Source of the DNA: Tubulanus polymorphus
Lineage: Eukaryota; Animalia; Nemertea
DNA length: 64,000 nucleotides
Reading direction: 5' to 3'
Assembly: GCF_964204645.1 (NCBI RefSeq)
Contig: NC_134035.1
Coordinates: 6,967,101-7,031,100 of the forward strand
Under the pieces are notes generated by a model. The model was not told where the DNA came from. It worked only from the letters and a program-made list of their open reading frames with translations, and made no database searches. The first letter of the stretch is position 1. Each line of letters begins with the position of its first letter. This document shows positions 13,006 to 24,518 of this stretch, one piece after another. Position numbers and translations under genes: made by a program.

Positions 13006-14827
13006 TTAATCTGTCTGTATCTGTCATCTATTACCAGATTGTAAGAGTGAATGAAAGATAGTGTGATTGGGTGCATGTTGGGTGAAGGTGTATGACTGCA
13101 TGTGTGTATGAGTTGAGTGAATCGGTGTATGCTAGGGGATTAGAGATTTTATAAGCCTTCATTGGCTTCATCTAATCTCCTCCACAGTATATTAAAACAT
13201 TTCATTTTTGTATATCTCTTTATGACATGTTGTAATTTTATTGTGGAAATAAATTTATTATTATTTATACATCAAAACTGAAGTTTTCCCTTTCATTCAA
13301 AAACTGAATTTATATTGGCTTTAGAAAAGTTATTGTTCAGCCTGGTTCTAAATCCTCATTCGACAAACGACCACAACGATGCACAGTTCCAATACGCTCA
13401 TTTATTTACAATCAGAATACCGTATTGCTTGAACGACTTATCGAGAGAGTGAGTGTGGTTGGCTTCAAAGGTACAAAAATACAAAATTAGACAAGAACGT
13501 TAAAAAGGCCAAACTTTAGTTTGTAATTCAGCAAATCTAAATTGATATTAATACTTACACTAACTATGCCGTACAAGGGGTATATAGAACCAGACTGACG
13601 CCTAGCCAAGAATTCACGGTTTAAATACAGTGCTGGTCATAATCGTGAAAAATGTTGTAAGTTCGCGTAACAAATAACAATTGCAGGATTTAATACGCTT
13701 CGAGCACAATACAATCACACTACTGAGCGTCGAATACATAATACAAATAGCTAAAGAAGTACATTAAATCATCTGATTGGGTATTCCGCGAGAGTACAGC
13801 ATCTTCGCATTTCTGGTAATTTCCATCAAGAAAATTCCTCACTCGTATTGTTGTCAAGAAATAAAATCCGGGCTGGCGACGAATCGAGCAGAGACAATAA
13901 TCTACCGATCCTCTCTCAGTTAGTGTAAACCGGGAACTCCGCAGTTTCTATGAACTACTTGCGGATGTATCAGTGCGCGAGCACCTGTCAGGATAATGAT
14001 GGGGATAACACTTCATTGCCGGGTAAAACCGATATAGACAATTCACTGACAGGTAGGTGTTCATGTGCCTTAAAACTTTCCATAATTCATCAAAATTTTT
14101 GGAACCTTGGCACGACATGCTATGGGCAAATGACGCGTTACAGACACATTTATCGGATTATCAGTTCTATTAGGATTTAACATTATGGGACTATATCCGT
14201 GGCAGTAGAGATACTACGGCAAGATTTTTACCAGCGACGACCCCTATATTGTCTTCGACCATTGAAAGAACGTTGATACATAGAACTACTTCATACAAGC
14301 AATAATTGAGTTTCTGCCTCTGGTAACAATTCAAAACCTCGGGAAACAATAAGTTACCTAAAATCTGACAATTGCATGTTTTAACATCACAACATCATTG
14401 TTTCCAAACATTTTATTTGACACAAGGGGGTAAAAGTCAACCAAGCCAACAATTGCAATGCCCCAATTTTGTCCTTTTTTTAAGCCTGTACACTCTGCAA
14501 TAACTATCATATTCAGTGTCCTTCTCTTTTGCAATAATATAAGGAATCTTGTAATATAAGCCATGATGATTTCTCCAAATATGATACAATTTTAACCATT
14601 CAAGGAAATGACAACATCCATAACTTTTTTATAAGTTGTACCTTTGTATTAGTAATCAACTTTTTCAACTACAGTACCGACATTAGGAGTATAACAATCA
14701 ATGACACCAACAACACACAATATGTCATTGCAGTGAACCGTTAAGGTCAAAGGTAATTATGCAACATCAACTGTGTCATTTTAGAAGCTACGGTTATTAT
14801 GGAATGGTCAACAATCACACGTGCTAC

Positions 14828-15183
14828 GTGTCACTAAACCTAAGACCCATAAACCTAAGACCCGACTCTAAATCATTATTTGTGTACTTTAGACTATTCA
14901 AAATGGTTCTAATATATAGATATTAGTTAAAATGATCCATCGATGGCCTATTTAAATTTGGTTCATTTATCAGAGACGAGATATTTGGTGGTCTTAGGTT
15001 TATGGGTCTTAGGTTTAGTATATTATATATAGGTGTCACTAAACCTAAGACCCATAAACATAAGACCTGGCTCTAATTCGTTATTTGTTTACTTTGGACG
15101 AGATATTTGGGGGTCTTAGGTTTATGGTTCTTAGGTTTAGTATATCATATATAGGTGTCACTAAACCTAAGACCCCCTAAACA
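14828..15183. repeat. Tandem array (~2.3 units) of a small MITE-like unit with internal inverted repeats
   Basis: GTGTCACTAAACCTAAGACC at 14828, ~15033 and ~15155, paired with GGTCTTAGGTTTATGGGTCTTAGGTTTAGT in the first two units. Confidence 0.7.
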
Positions 15184-15505
15184 TCTATTCAATATTTATA
15201 GTTGGTTCCACCCCCCGCTGCCCTTACCCCCGTCACTCACTACGACCCTCGAGCAGAGGAGGTAGTCGTATTAATTTCTTTTTCCCCTTATCATCTGCGG
15301 CGCGTAGCGCGGAGCCCCGCTGATATCAAAAACTACTAAGACAAACACTAATATTTATAACAGAGATCGACCGACCCGACCGTATTATCGGAATCCGGGC
15401 TAAAAAGGAGCGTCGATGGTTTTTTATTAATGAATCATGTTATGTGAGGCAACTAGTTCGTTATCGGCTAGCGCGTTTTGTTCTTCGTACATGCCTACTA
15501 GCTCG

Positions 15506-16820
15506 TTATCCGCTAGCTCGTTCGTTTGTTCTTCGTACATGCTGGCGTAAAAATCTCGGGACAGTTTGGCGTTCTTGTTTGAAATAGCGTTCTCTATGGG
15601 CTTCGTCGTCGAGTAGTTCCATGATGTCCATCGCTCCGTTGTCGTTGATTTCTTTGACTAGTTCTACGAGTATCTCCTCGCAGACCGCCGGCGAAATGTC
15701 GTACTTCGTAGATCCCATGTCGATACGTCCTTTAAACCGTACCGCTAGAAATCTTCTTTCCGCGGCTTCTAGAGCTATGGTGGCGGCGAATTTTTCCATG
15801 GGATCTCTTTCGTTGGTAGTTATCAGAGTCATACACGGCGGGTTGCTCTGTTTCGTCGAATGCACTTTAGCTTCCCACGACGATTGGTACATGGCGAGTA
15901 TCATCGATAGTAGCGCCGAATTGTGCCAGAACGAGTCGGACGCGTCGTCTACTTTGAATACTCTGTGACCGTTCGACATCTCGCACGCTCCTACCCCTTC
16001 GCTATCGTTAGGCATTTGCGAGCTTATCAGGTCGGGAAATAATATTCTCGCCAGTAACGATTTGCCGGCTCCGGCGTCTCCGTAAAAAATTATATGCGGC
16101 GCTCTAGTTATCACGCTCATTCGTGCTTCTATTACCGCGTTCACTAGCACTAGTAATAATTCGTGGTGACCGAGTAGGCGTCCGTCCCACGTCGCTTCGG
16201 TTACCAGTCCCAATATTTGTTTTATCAATATCACCCCTCCTTTCGGGCTCAATTTGACCGTTTCCCGTTCCCGTTTTTTCTTCAGCAGTTGCGCGCCTTT
16301 ACGAACGCGCGGTATTACGCTCAACGGCCAGTTTTTGTAGGCGCGTCTTATTTTCAATTCTTGGACGTTATAGCCGAATTCTTTTACGATTCGCATCGCC
16401 CATTCCGACGATCCGGGTCGGTGATCGTATTCCGCGTACAGTTCTTCTACTCTTGGCGAAGAAATCTTCGTTGACTTTCGCGTTTTGGGTTTCCAGATGT
16501 TGCCGCAATTCGAGCGGTATGGTTTCGGCGTGTTTATACATATATTGTATGTACGCGCCTAATTTCTCGGTCGGTTTCACGTACTCGTTCGCCAACTCGA
16601 TACCCTTCTCCGTCAGTAGTTGTCGTATGGCCGATTCCGATTGTTTGTTGGCCACACCGTTGTCTCCTTTTTGCGTTATTATTACTCCGTGGGCGAAACC
16701 GTCTCCCGGTTCTCGCGGGCCGATGTGTATGCGTACGTCGCTTCGTCCGATACGCGCTTCGAGTCGTACCGATTCACGGTTGCTCGTCGTGAACGACCAG
16801 TTTCTGGCTCTTGTCGACAT
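15506..16820 (-). CDS. rep: Rolling-circle Rep (HUH endonuclease + SF3 helicase), ~437 aa, one frameshift near 16450
   Basis: Motif I ARNWSFTTSN, motif II-like FAHGVI, motif III YIQYMYK; Walker A GDAGAGKS, Walker B FKVDD, motif C LITTN, Arg finger ERRF; the helicase frame is open upstream of its ATG (RVEELYAEYDHRPGSSEWAMRIVK) and overlaps the endonuclease ORF. Confidence 0.88.
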
Positions 16821-17035
16821 GTTCGATTTTCTCTGTAGTCGAATAATCTTCTAGCTATTTCGGTGATGCGCCTTTCGCGAAGTACCCGATTCTCTAGAGC
16901 GCCGTGTTTTATAACCCAGGTATTAGTCACCTCGTCTCTTATCGCTACGAAATCTGCCGTCCTTCCCATGGTATAACCGCGCCACTTGCGTCCGAATAGA
17001 TAACCGGATACGATGAATAGGAAAACGACGATCAT
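16682..17035 (-). CDS. Small viral ORF (117 aa) with N-terminal hydrophobic segment, overlapping the Rep start
   Basis: ATG 8 nt after the capsid stop; MIVVFLFIVSGYLFG then RKWR; fills the gap between cap and rep. Confidence 0.5.
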   Translation of the reverse strand: MIVVFLFIVSGYLFGRKWRGYTMGRTADFVAIRDEVTNTWVIKHGALENRVLRERRITEIARRLFDYRENRTCRQEPETGRSRRATVNRYDSKRVSDEATYAYTSARENRETVSPTE

Positions 17036-17043
17036 AGCTCTAT

Positions 17044-18140
17044 TTATATTCTGTTCTTGTGTAATATCTTATACTCGACCTCGGCCGGTATGTGTATTTC
17101 GGTGGCCGCTACGGCTAGGTTTTTACGAATGGAGTGGTTGTAAATGCACAGCTGAGTTATCAGGGCGCAACTGTTCCACAGGCTGTAGAAGTGTTCGTCG
17201 TACCAATTATCTTTCGACCCTATGTCGACCGTTCTTATAGTCTTCGTCGGATCTGTAGTACTCGTTATTTCGCTACGCAGTACTCCTACCGGTATGTTCA
17301 GGGTTACGCATCCCAGTCCCATGTCGTGGTTCCTGTAACTGCCCTTTTGCGTCAAATGGTTGGCGTCGTGATAATTGCTGCCTGCTACCGTTCGTTTCAG
17401 GTCCCAATCTACCGCCGTCCGTAGCCAGGCTATGGGATTTTGCGGCGCGTTGCTATTGTTCGCCCCCCCCCGTCCGATATAGCCCCTTCGGTCGACAACG
17501 GGAACAGGGTTATTTTCGCGTCCAATACTTTGAATTGATCGTACAAGTTAAAGAACGCCGGATGGTTATTGGGGAATACTTTCCATCCCGGAGTTTCGGT
17601 TAGATCGAAGCAGAAGCTAGTCATTTGCGACACCCTAACCTCCGCCTTATCTCCGTAACCTCCCGAACTCGGATCGCTGGACCAGCCCGTGAACGTTAGA
17701 TACCCTCGCTTAATCAGCGACGTCTGGTGATAGTTTTCCGGTTTTAACGTCGTGTGCGCCGCCATGTCTTGCGCGTTTCCGTAGTCTTCTCCACCGCCCG
17801 CGCTTCTTCTTGCCCGTTTCATCGGGGTTTGTCCGTCCGTGGTTTCGTCCGCCATCGCCGGGAATAGCGCTCTCTTGGTTTTGAATACAGCTGATGTTAA
17901 TCGCGCACCGAAACCCGTTACACCGTTCGCACTTTCCAAGAATTTCTGATCCGCCGAGTTGTATCGCAGGTACGGCGCCCATGAACCGTACTTTTCTTGA
18001 AGTTCCCCGTATTCCTTATCGTGTTGCCTGCAAACTTCGTCTATTCCTTCTCCTCGCTTATTAGAGATATCGTTGAACGGTCCGCAATGAGGTAACCCGG
18101 GTAACGTGTATCCGTGTCTTTTACGTTTCAACGCGGGCAT
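17044..18140 (-). CDS. Capsid protein with N-terminal parvovirus-type phospholipase A2 domain, ~365 aa, one frameshift in a G9 run (17463-17471)
   Basis: KRKR basic motif, LPG..HCGPFN Ca loop, DEVCRQHDKEY catalytic HD, PYLRYNSADQKF; then FNLYDQFKVLDAKITLFP and terminal EVEYKILHK resembling CRESS single jelly-roll capsids; adding one G joins ORF 17430-18140 to ORF 17044-17355 with no stops. Confidence 0.82.
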
Positions 18141-18455
18141 TTACCTATATCCGCGGAACTCTCCGTGTCTAATACCAAAATGTGTAGCGCGGCCTTCCAC
18201 GCCGATAAAAAACCATCAACCCTCATTTTTACCCGGGACTCGGATAATTGGGTCGGTCAGGCCAAATGATGAATAAATAAATGAATTATGAATAAATACT
18301 AAGATGCAATCGGTCCCTGGAGGCGAAGCCGACCTTGCCAATGTTCCCCGGAGGCGAAGCCGACCTTGCCAATATTTATTTTGCCAATATTTATAGTTGG
18401 TTCCACCCCCCTGCTGCCCTTACCCCCGTCACTCACTACGACCCTCGAGCAGAGG

Positions 18456-18843
18456 TATATGTAAAATATATAAAAAGTAAAATAGAAGAGAAATATTTTG
18501 AAGGATCTGGTTTAATGTTTGATGAAATAATATTTATGACTTTACATATGTACAATACAAGAATATAATAAATTACCTAAATCAAAACCAATAGATGAAA
18601 ATAATTTATCATATTTTAAAGATGATAATACATGTATTACCATTTAAAACTAATGCTGTTATAAATGTACATAATTTTGATGATAAATGTTTTCTATGGT
18701 CTATTATTAGTTGTTTACATCCTGCAACTGATAATATTTGTATAGTATCAAATTATAAACAATTTAAAAATAATTATAAGATAGACAATTATCCTGTTAA
18801 AATTAAACAAATACCAAAAATAGGAGATAATAATTTTGAAAAT
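18456..18843 (+). pseudogene. Polinton/Maverick-type protein-primed DNA polymerase B, N-terminal fragment
   Basis: FEGSGLMFDEI, AVINVHNFDDKCFLWSIISCLHP, YPVKIKQIPKI; very AT-rich; continues at 41313. Confidence 0.72.
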
Positions 18844-18870
18844 ATAGCTGCAAAGCAGCGATAACTGCAC

Positions 18871-19148
18871 AGTCTTAGAATCCTGTTCAACGGTGGATTT
18901 CGACAAAGCATTTGATAAGGCACAACATTAGCCATTACTAAACAGGCTATTAGGATACAGTATGAATGATAGGTCGCCCTAAATGGCTCAGCAGTTATCT
19001 CTGAACGAAAACTTGCGGCCGAAGTCAACGGAACGCCTCATCTTGGAATAAGTCGGTCTAACTAGTGGAGTCACGCAGGGTAGTATCCTAAGTCATCTTC
19101 TGTTTAATGTCCTGACAAATGACATACACAGTAATCCAAAATATACCA
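18871..19148 (+). pseudogene. LINE RT fragment inside a HINE unit; second copy at ~37798-38075
   Basis: VDFDKAFDK...WLSSYLSERK...SGVTQGSILSHLLFNVLTND; both copies directly adjoin the HINE 3' terminus. Confidence 0.7.
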
Positions 19149-20678
19149 GACCGAGTAAATTTCCAAAACGACCTTAACACGCTGTTCGACCAAAAAACTT
19201 AATGTTCCGACAAGAAAATCTTGTTCGAAAAAAAACAATTCTGTTTGATCGAACAATACGCTTTTTGTTTGAACCAAAACTTTTCTTCATTCTGTCAAAA
19301 AATGTGTTCGAATAAAAAGCTATGTTATTGTTGAAATGAAAAACTTTTTGTCCCGGCAAAAAAATTTGGTTGAGCGAAAACAATTTTTTTCGAACGAATG
19401 TTTGAATGAAAACAATTCGGTTCGATTGAATGAAATACCTAATACTTTTGGTTCAGAGAAAAAACTTTTTACAATATGCTTGTTCGATCGACAAACTTAA
19501 TGATCTCACAAGAAAATTCAGTTCAAACTAAAACGATTCTGTTCGATCAAACGATTGTTCGAACGAAAAACTTTTCGTTTGGACAAAAAAGTTTGTTCAA
19601 TATGCGTGGTTCTAACGATTTTTTCAAATTGGTTCAATCGAACAGAATATTATTGGTTCGAACGAAATAGATTTTGTTCCAACGAAAGAATTTTCAAGGA
19701 AATGGTCTTTTGAACGAAAAAAGATTGCGATGCGATGCGATCCTCGCGTTGCATCGCAAGTTGTTTCTGCCAGTCGCAAGAGCGCGTAGGTCGGTTGTGA
19801 CAGTCGTGTCGCGTCGCATCGCAAAAAGTAGTCGAAAGGGAGCGTAGGTCGATGAGTCGTTGCGACACAATCGTCGCTGGCGGTCGCAGTGAATGGCGTC
19901 GCAGTGAGTCACAAGCCGTCGCAAGGCCGACCTATGCCCGGCTAAAGTCATTAGGAATTAATGAAATACCAGTTTCATTTATGATGAAAAAACTCAAATG
20001 AAAAGTCTGGCTTGCTGTATGCTCAGACGAAATTTTCAAACAAGGTGCCCGTGGGCACAGTGAGATTCAGCTTTGAAAGTAAATAGTCATGTGCCTGACA
20101 AATTGTCATGGGATTATGACATGTTTCTCATAAAAAGAAGAGTGGTTGACCCTCCACTGGACCAAGTAACCAAAAATTGATTGAGGGAACTTATTTGGAC
20201 CAGTGCCTGCTATGATGTATGAATGAACACTCAATTTCTAGTGTTTGCACGAATTATGATTCTGGTTTCATACTATCATTTTGGCCTTTGCAAAGCTGTC
20301 AGTTACAACGCATGAAACTGGGGACCAAGCAGCAGCAACAGCAGTAGTATATTTTTCTTTATTGCAACCCTCGGAGGTAAATGTGCTACAGTCGTGGGAT
20401 TCTTTTTCGTCTGTAGTTTCCGTGTATTCATCATCTGAAAAAAATAATGGCAAAAAAAGTTAACTCATGTGAATAGTAACAACTTTTCTGGTTATCATTG
20501 GTGGTATACCTTGCTATTGCTTTAAAGGTTTAAACTCAATATACTAAGTTACGTAGAATTTGAATGGAGCCATTAATTTCAATTAGTAGCACATACATTA
20601 TTTGGTTTATGGTATGCAAGCAACTGCATTAAGGTAGGACCAAATGTGTTTACCACTTCAGTTGCAACACAGGAATTC

Positions 20679-21247
20679 GTGTATGGTAAGTAGTGAAGAG
20701 TTAATATCAGTGTATGGTTAGTGATAAAGGGTTAATATCAGTGTATGGAAAGTGGTGAAGGGTTAATATCAGTGTATGGTAAGTGTTGAAGGGTTAATAT
20801 TAGTGTATGGTTAGAGGTGAAGGGTTAAACTCAGTGTATAATAAGTGGTGAAGGGGTTAATATCGGCGTATGGTAAGTGGGGAAGGGTTAATATCGGTGT
20901 ATGGTAAGTGGGGAAGGGTTAATATCGGCGTATAGTAAGTGGTGAAGGGTTAATATCAGTGCATGGTAAGTGGTGAAGGGTTAATATCGGTGCGTGGTAA
21001 GTGGTGAAGGGTTAATATCGGCGTATGGTAAGTGGTGAAGGGTTAATATCGGTGTATGGTAAGTGGTGAAGGGTTAATATCGGTGCATGGTAAGTGGTGA
21101 GGGGTTAATATCGGCGTATAGTAAGTGGTGAAGGGTTAATATCAGTGCGTGGTAAGTGGGGAAGGGTTAATATCGGCGTATAGTAAGTGGCGAAGGGTTA
21201 ATATCAGTGCATGGTAAGTGGTGAAGGGTTAATATTAGTGTATGGTA
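20679..21247. repeat. 30-bp minisatellite, ~19 copies (GTGTATGGTAAGTGGTGAAGGGTTAATATC)
   Basis: Tandem repetition read directly. Confidence 0.95.
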
Positions 21248-21513
21248 GGCCTAGTAGTGAAGCGCACACCTGGTCAAAATGGAATGTAAAAATTCTTAAC
21301 TATTAAATTATTAACGGTGCATAACAGGGTTATTAATATTGCAGGGATGTGGCATTTTAAGCAGGCATCATAATGGGGTTTCAATAGTTAGGCCTTTTAT
21401 ATCCCCGGGTTTAAAAAAATTGATCTATGTATGGCCTAAGCCTATATCGGTATGTATTTCTTGTTGAAAAATAAATGAACTCAAGGATGAAAATAAAGTA
21501 GCCTTATATTTTA

Positions 21514-22052
21514 GGCTATCCAAAAATAATTGTCTATTTGCCGTAACACCGACTCAACTTTTCAGGTAGGTAGGTAGAAATTTTTTTGCAAAATCTTTGG
21601 GCAAAAAAAACAAATTTATCACCTTTGTTGCATGGAAAAAGTATCACAAATCTACGTTGTGCACAGAAAATTTGTCTAATAGCGTTGCGTAGATTTCAAG
21701 AATTATTCTAAAATTATAACCTCGTCCAGAGCGTAATCTCTGTTAAAAATGGAACAGTACTTGAATATATGCGCGCTTTTATGTTACCAGCTTTAATATA
21801 GTCACTATTAGAATGAATGGCAGCTTATTGGAACACTGCCAGTTTTCTGGAAAACTTAAACTAGGCCACATGTCAAGGCATGTTTTCACACCATGCCCAC
21901 TTCAAACATACGTAGCTCGGCAGTGGATCGGTCGGCCGTTTTTATAAAAAATAAAATTTATTTCAATGAATCCCAGAAAAAAGTTTTCACCCGGTAGCTT
22001 TGAAGTCGGGTCGGTCGTGTTACGGCAAACAGACCATTGTTTTGGGATGGCC
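21514..22052. mobile_element. PIF/Harbinger-like MITE
   Basis: Imperfect TIRs GGCTATCCAAAA..GTCTATTTGCCGTAACAC and GTGTTACGGCAAACAGAC..TTTTGGGATGGCC; TTA on both sides. Confidence 0.65.
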
Positions 22053-22984
22053 TTATTGGAATATTTATTAAGCCCAAGCGCCAAAACGGTAACTCCAGCA
22101 GTAAGGTATTGTTTTTTTAATGATCTGAATTGCGTCTCTGCGGTTGTACAACTACGTATGTATCAATGCCTGTATAAACATCAATGACTATAGTGCTGTA
22201 CTACTGTACTCAGCACAGCACGTATATGTGGTCGCTTCGACCGAATGCATTCAAAGAAAGGTGAAGCTTCACTGAACTAGGGCCGGAAAGCGCTTGTGTA
22301 ATTCATGGACCGAATAATACGATAAAAATACATAATCGTGGATTCAAGACCACTGTCTGGATATATGGGCAAGTAAAATCCTAACATCACCTACAAGTAC
22401 CGGCCGAGCTAGCAAAAAAATTGACGTACGTTTAGGCCTTAGTGCCGCCGGACGGGAACTGACAAGACACATCATTAGTGAAATTGCCAGTTAAATACGC
22501 ATTGACAACTCTTATTCTCGACAGAAAAAAACGATTCAACGCTTTATTGACATCTAGTCTAAACATAATTTACACATCAAATCCTGTCATTTTCACAAAA
22601 AGAATGTAAAATGCCGGTACCAACCTCTAGACTCGCGTCACAGTAAGTCAATGGCGGCGCGCCGTAGTAACGTATCCATTCGCAATATTCAGTATTTATC
22701 TACTAGCGCATGGAAACTATATTTTCCCGTAAAATATTATGAAAGTTTTAAGGGACGATCGATTGCATCTACTTAGAAAATATTTGCAGTTTCGGACTCA
22801 TGCGATAAGATGTTGGCCTACTGGTACGATGATCTTTTTACAGCGCGTATATCTACATGTATAAATGTCATTCAGATGGGCGTGCTGCGGTTCGCCTCCA
22901 CGCGAAAATGACGTCACATGTCACTTCAGAAATGCCCAAAATCGTATGGAAATTAGCCCCCAGGGCCCAAATTAGATACACCAG

Positions 22985-23092
22985 GGTCCAGTTCCACAGT
23001 TTTGAGTTAAGATTTGACTCTGAGTTAAAACATTGAAAATGAACTAACTTTAACTCAGAGTTAACTCTAACTCACAACTGTGGAACTGGGTC
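22985..23092. mobile_element. 108-bp Harbinger-type MITE
   Basis: TIRs GGTCCAGTTCCACAGTT and AACTGTGGAACTGGGTC; CAG TSD; degenerate relative at ~25224-25330. Confidence 0.72.
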
Positions 23093-24518
23093 CAGATATC
23101 CATACCACCAGAATTTATGACCCTACAACTGTAACAATCCTGTTGACATAACATTCATAGCGTCAGGTGCTACAGATTAGTGTTGCACAACTTCTCCGCT
23201 TAATCAGTCGGCACCATTTAGTAAACTAATAGATTCAGCTGCGCTGAATCTAAAAATCTTCATTTTTGCTAGTAAAATTGATAACTGTGATTGATCGTTG
23301 CAAGTCAGAACCTGTTAATGACGTGCATTTTAATAAATCTGATACCTCCTTTACAGTGAACTTAGCTTTAACCTAGTAGAGGCTACTAGCCTATGTAGGC
23401 CTATGTATATGCGTAGGCCTAACATCCGGACAGATTGGTCGTAGGCCTATTGAATAACAACCCTCTTAATATCGTAAATTTTGTTTTGAAGTTCAATCCA
23501 GTGAGTCTGTTAATAAACACAACAATTAAACTGTGTTTGTTTGAGACAGTAAAGCTCAGTACCGGTAGGCCTAAAGCTGCGTAAAACTCGATAAACACTT
23601 CAAGCGACACAGCGAACGATCTCCTTTCCCCCACAGCGAACGCTTACTCCGAATGTTAAGTATAAACATATCAAAATACGTTCAGTAAAAATGAGACACC
23701 ATGTGTGGAAAGTTGTTTGTTAATACTTGGTTATTATGATTTTATATATAATGCCTCTTTGATGGTGATTTCAAAGTCATTTTTTCCAGAATCAACGATT
23801 GAAAAGTTGTATTTTAAAGAAAAATTTGATGCACAATTTATACATGATGTTAAATGTTCCTTGCTGAAGGTGTGTTATATACTAGTATTTAGTAAATACC
23901 TTGTGCATTTGACAATGATCGGTATTTACTGTAGGAAATATAGAGTATTGATGGTATTTATATAGAGGTTGAAGCCCGCGGCCGAATAAAGTAATATATT
24001 CTTTTATTTTGATACCTCGTCGACATAACAGCTTTTCTCCGCTATATCTCTTCGGCGTGTTTCGTTTAGGCCGACGACTCCCCGGTACACTTATGATTTA
24101 TCTTAGTAAATACACGTTTAATTTGATAAAGAAAAATAGGTATTGCTAAACTAACTGCTTGACGCCCGCGGCCAAATCACTGGTAGTAATAAATTAATTT
24201 GTACTCGATTTGATTCTCATGATGAGGAGAAACTCGCAGCTGATCCCCGGAACGACGATGTAGTGACACACGTCGATTCGTCGATTTTTACGGCTCGTCA
24301 GTGCTTTTAAAATCTAAAATAGTAAATTTCCTGTCTATCGGTAATATGATTTGATGAGGAAAATGGGCTATTGTTAAAATTACTGTTTGAAGACCGCGGC
24401 TGAATGTGAAGTCTGCGGCAAAAAATTCGTTCATTTATTCTTGAATTGTCAATCGAAGTCGCAATCGGCCTGCGGGTTGATTTCGGGATGACGACTCGAA
24501 AAACATGTCGCCCCATTG

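Larger units (their letters stand above)
8597..13266 (+). mobile_element. CR1/L2-group LINE, near full length, degenerate
   Basis: ORF1, then APE, then RT; 3' end AATAAA(TTA)n at ~13250-13266; 5' limit approximate. Confidence 0.88.
15190..18455 (-). mobile_element. Endogenous ssDNA virus: CRESS-like Rep plus PLA2-capsid, unit length 3195 nt
   Basis: Sharp GC/CpG-rich island; 70/71-nt direct repeats at 15190-15259 and 18385-18455; capsid, small ORF and Rep all on the minus strand. Confidence 0.9.

Noticed and set aside
15621-17424. Plus-strand ORFs in the viral region (ambisense genes)
   Set aside because: Antisense shadows of GC-rich coding sequence with no motifs
15190-18455. Plain parvovirus/densovirus EVE
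   Set aside because: Capsid body is short and CRESS-like, Rep has an RNWSFT motif I, and the ends are direct repeats; not excluded until profile searches are run
20679-21247. Telomere-like GGGTTA motifs
   Set aside because: One hexamer per 30-bp unit; an ordinary minisatellite
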